A program made the position numbers and the translations under genes. The notes under the pieces are model-generated. The model was not told where the DNA came from, searched no databases, and saw nothing but the letters and a program-made list of their open reading frames with translations. A stretch of DNA of 64,000 nucleotides. Source: Felis catus. Its lineage: Eukaryota. Of this stretch, positions 60,301 through 64,000 are shown one piece after another. The stretch is from positions 102,984,001 to 103,048,000 of the forward strand of contig NC_058373.1 of NCBI RefSeq assembly GCF_018350175.1, written 5' to 3'. Within the stretch, counting starts at the first letter, position 1; each line of letters begins with the position of its first letter.

Positions 60301-62814
60301 TCATGGTATCCCTCATAGATGGGCGAGTATGAGGCACACAGTGATTCATTCCTGTGGATCATAGCATGCACATAAAAGGGGAGTAGGAGGCAAAATGGGA
60401 TAAGAAGACCATAATCATATTGGATATGGCCTGTGCCCTAAGTGAAGGTATTAGGATTTTATTCTGCAGGCAATGAGGAATCATAGATGGGCACAGAAGT
60501 GACAAGAGCAGAGTAATTAGGTTTCCTTATGCCTTCCAGTAGTGAAAGTGAGAGAAGAGGAACACAAGAAGTATTTGGGGCTTTTTGCCAAGATCTTCAT
60601 GTATAAAATAATACTGCCTAAGCCATATGACTTTTGTGAAAATGAAAATTAGCAGTGCATGCAGAGATGTTGTGTAGCCCTACACCTCTTTATAAATGAT
60701 GTTATGGGTTTCCCCCCTCTTAATGTTTGTTAAAGGACTATTCATCTTTGTAGCTACTTTTAGAAGGCTCTGAGTGGACCCTCTAAGAAGCCATTCCCTA
60801 AAGGTGGTGCTGAGACTATAAATGAAGTTTTCAAGCTCCTAGGAAGTTATAGACCTGTTTCAGGAGGCAAGAGAAGCCATGGACTGGGGCAGGTGGAAAT
60901 TGCCGTGTGACAGACAGGGGTGGGGGATAAGACAGGTAGGAGGTACTGAGGTTGACGGGAGATCCCCCACCAGGAGCAGCTGCCAGAAGACAGTGCCAGC
61001 GACTCCTGTGAGGAAGAGCAGTGGAAAAGCAGCCCTGGGAGCGGCAGGAGCATCACAAAGACGGAGCTGGATTGCCTGAAGGCCTTGGCCGATGCTGTCT
61101 CCCTGTATTTACTGTGAAGGGAGACAAGGGCTGGGCTAATAATCTGCTCATTACCAAGAGGACAACTGGCAATAAGTGTTTTGATGCAAATAATGATAGC
61201 CATTATTATTAATTCTCAATATTACCATGACTGAAGAGACTGAAAAACACAATTCAAGGCCCAGAAGGCCACTCTAGGAAAGGGCACGCAGAAGAAGGGC
61301 TGCCTGTAAGAGCAGCTCCTTGGCCCTTGGAGCTGAGTGTTTTGCAGCCGGTCATTTGAGGAAGACCCGCCGAAGGGACAGTTTTCATGCCCTTTGCTTT
61401 GGACCCACCGTTTTGAAGAAAGGAATAGTGGAATGTTCAGGGTAGGAGTTATTCTAGAAGCCCTGGCAGACTGAGCCAAGCCCTGGACTTGAAGGAAATA
61501 CTTGCAGGGTTTCTGTAACCTTTACTTGTTTTTTATTGACATTAAGAACTGCAGGCAAACTTAGAGAAACCAGCGTTCAGGAACAGGAGATCTACCTGGT
61601 CCTCTTGCATTCCACAGCACAAGGTGTTCTGTGAATACCTGGTGAACGAACCAGAATCCCCTGAACTTCTTTCCCTATGACCTGGCTCTGCACTGTGGGT
61701 CTTCCTGGCATGGTAGTAAGCAGTGAGGTGGAAAGGACTGGAACAGAAGTCAAATGTTCTGAGTTCTATTCCCAGCTCTGCTAAGAATAAACTGACATGA
61801 ATGATGTCTACAACCGACCGGCTTTCCAGATGGTATTCAGGATTTTTTCTAGCATCTTGGCAGCGAATATGACTCATCATCTAGTCTAACAGGTCCTCTC
61901 AAGTAAAAGCTGAACATGTAATTATGACCAAAACTCTTTCACACAATTTTTCAAAGAATTGAGCTTAAACACATTGTCAAGGAGAAAATGTTGTCTATGG
62001 GGGTGACAGGCAAGATTTCTCTATGCTACCTATGAAAAGAAGATGTAAATGGAGCGGATTCAAGATTACCCTATTAGAGACTGTCCCAAACCAACATGGG
62101 CTTAAAATGATTACATCCTTCAGCCAAATTGAACTTCTTTGCAAGTACGATGAAGAAAACTGCCCTTTAATTTGGATCTAGTTTAAATTATTTAATGAGT
62201 CCCCTTTCTCAGTTAATTGGACGTTAGGTTTAAGAATGAATAAAAGAGTTTCGTGTGCCACATAATAGCTAAACAGTGTCTGTGGCAAGCAGCAAAACCA
62301 GCCGGCATTCTTGAAGAGACTGATCAGCGGTCTGGTCACAACCTCAGGCCTGGGAAAACCATTAACCAAACAACTTGAGTTTTATTTTTAATTTGATACA
62401 CTGTGTTTAATGCAGAATGTATGGGCATTGCGAGAGGCAGTTTGCTCAGTTGTGGGGAATGGCTGTAATCCCAGTGGGTTTATCTTGCAGGCTTGGGAGG
62501 CTGCTGTTATTTCCTGGTGGGTGTCTAAGGGAGTAGGCAGGAGAATGCAGAGAATCTGGGCAAATGAAGCCTCATGAAGCAGCCCTTTATTAGATTAGAA
62601 CAGGCTCCTTTATCCCTCAGGCAGGCTGTGGGTGAAGTGCCAAACCAATCCTGTTTTGTGACTATTGGGTCACAGCAAGAGTCCAGGAGACAGAATTTAA
62701 AGCACTCCCTTTTGGGGCTGGTAAAGTTATGGAAAGGCCACCCTGAGAAAGGGGAGAGCATAGGTGTTCTGACGAAAATCTGCCTCTTGATGTGCACAGG
62801 GCCACTTTCCATTC

Positions 62815-63285
62815 TGTCTTCCCTCATCCAACAAAAAGTTCTTGGGCGCCTACTATGTGCCAAGCAAACAGCTAAGAAAAGGTTCCTGACCTGGAAAAGA
62901 CATTTTTGGTGGGGGTGATTCCCATCTGGATCATTAAGGCATCAAATAAAAATGATAATGTGTAAGATAGGTAGAAAGTGCAGTGGGAACATGAAGGACA
63001 GTGTGACTAAATATTTGGGAACATTGATTTAACTCATTGCAGCAAACATACAGTGCATGCCTGCAATGTGCCTGGTTCCATGCTAGGAACTTCTGATGAG
63101 CAAGACAAGAGAAGTCTTTGCTGCCATGGCATTTTTAGTCTAGTGAGCCAGGAAGGCTTTTGAGAGATGAGTTAGGCCCATCTAACTTCTGGGTGAAGAA
63201 GGAAGACAAGGAGAAAAGGAAAGCAAATGGGCAAAGACACAGAGACTTGAGAAGCAAAGAATGCTAAGACAGTGACAAGAAATTG

Positions 63286-63365
<80 letters not shown>

Positions 63366-63590
63366 GGGAGAGGTCTAAGTGGGGGAGGGAAAAAGAGAGT
63401 GAACAGATAGAAAATTATCTGTGAGGTTTCAGGAAACAAGGGAAGAAAAGTCAGGATGTTTGAGGCTGTCTTTGAAGATTTTTGTATGCCTGGCTGTTAG
63501 TTTGCTTTTTATCCCTTATTTAAGACTTAAATGGGGGGAAACTTGAGCATATCCACATTCTAGAATGATTACTCTAGCAGTCAGAGAGAA
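62815..63590 (-). mobile_element. L2 3' fragments
   Basis: gcgcctactatgtgccaagc; tgcctgcaatgtgcctgg..tgctagg; tagaatgattactctagcag. Confidence 0.6.
63284..63362 (+). repeat. Compound (TG)n-(AG)18 microsatellite
   Basis: Seen directly. Confidence 0.95.
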
Positions 63591-64000
63591 AGGAGGAGAG
63601 TTCTTACCTAAGATTGTTGCAGCCAGTGTGGGGAGCATCCATGGAGGAGGTATTTAACCATTTGGATTGCCCCCAAAAGGTCAAGAAGGGCGATGACTAA
63701 AAACGGGTGACTGGATTTGGCACCAGAATGGTGCTTTGGGTACAGCTGGGTAGATGGCCCTGGTTTAAAGAATAATTTACAGGGAAGCAAGTAGAGTCTG
63801 TAATCCTCCAGAGCACAGTTGCTCTGTCGTGGTTGTTCTGTCCAGTGAGTGTTGCTTGCTTTGAAAGGAAGAAAACCCAAGCATGATGGGAGTCCTGATG
63901 GTCTCCAGTGGCTGTGTTAGTCTCTGAGAGTTGTGTTTGGATATGCAGTTGTGTTGGCGTGAGGTTTGTCCTTTAACCGTGAGACCCAAGCAGACTCTGA

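Noticed and set aside
61227..61277. accATG-initiated micro-ORF MTEETEKHNSRPRRPL
   Set aside because: Only 16 codons, with no promoter or CpG island evidence.
1..64000. The ORF-track entries as genes
   Set aside because: All are 162 aa or shorter and many start at GTG/TTG. The recurrent peptides (AQVMIS..., SLEPASDSVSPSLS) are SINE translations; others are microsatellite or L1 read-through. None resembles a known cellular protein.

Overview
This is non-coding mammalian DNA from a felid carnivore. The evidence is about 25 tRNA-derived Can-SINE copies, three of them very young feline SINEC_Fc-type. The window is CpG-depleted with no CpG island, and I recognise no protein-coding exon, RNA gene or CRISPR. 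The listed ORFs are chance ORFs or read-throughs of SINE, L1 and microsatellite sequence. It is an intronic or intergenic mosaic of Can-SINEs, carnivore L1 3' ends, old L1M, L2, MIR, MaLR/ERVL LTRs, hAT MITEs and microsatellites, with a few TE-poor blocks that may be regulatory. I find no evidence for a novel biological system. The best leads are two small templated-insertion (Pol theta-like) repair scars, young SINE insertions that may be polymorphic, inverted SINE and L1 pairs, independent microsatellite births at the same L1 position, and one codon-biased exon-like segment. Subfamily names come from my recall of consensus sequences, and old-repeat boundaries are approximate.
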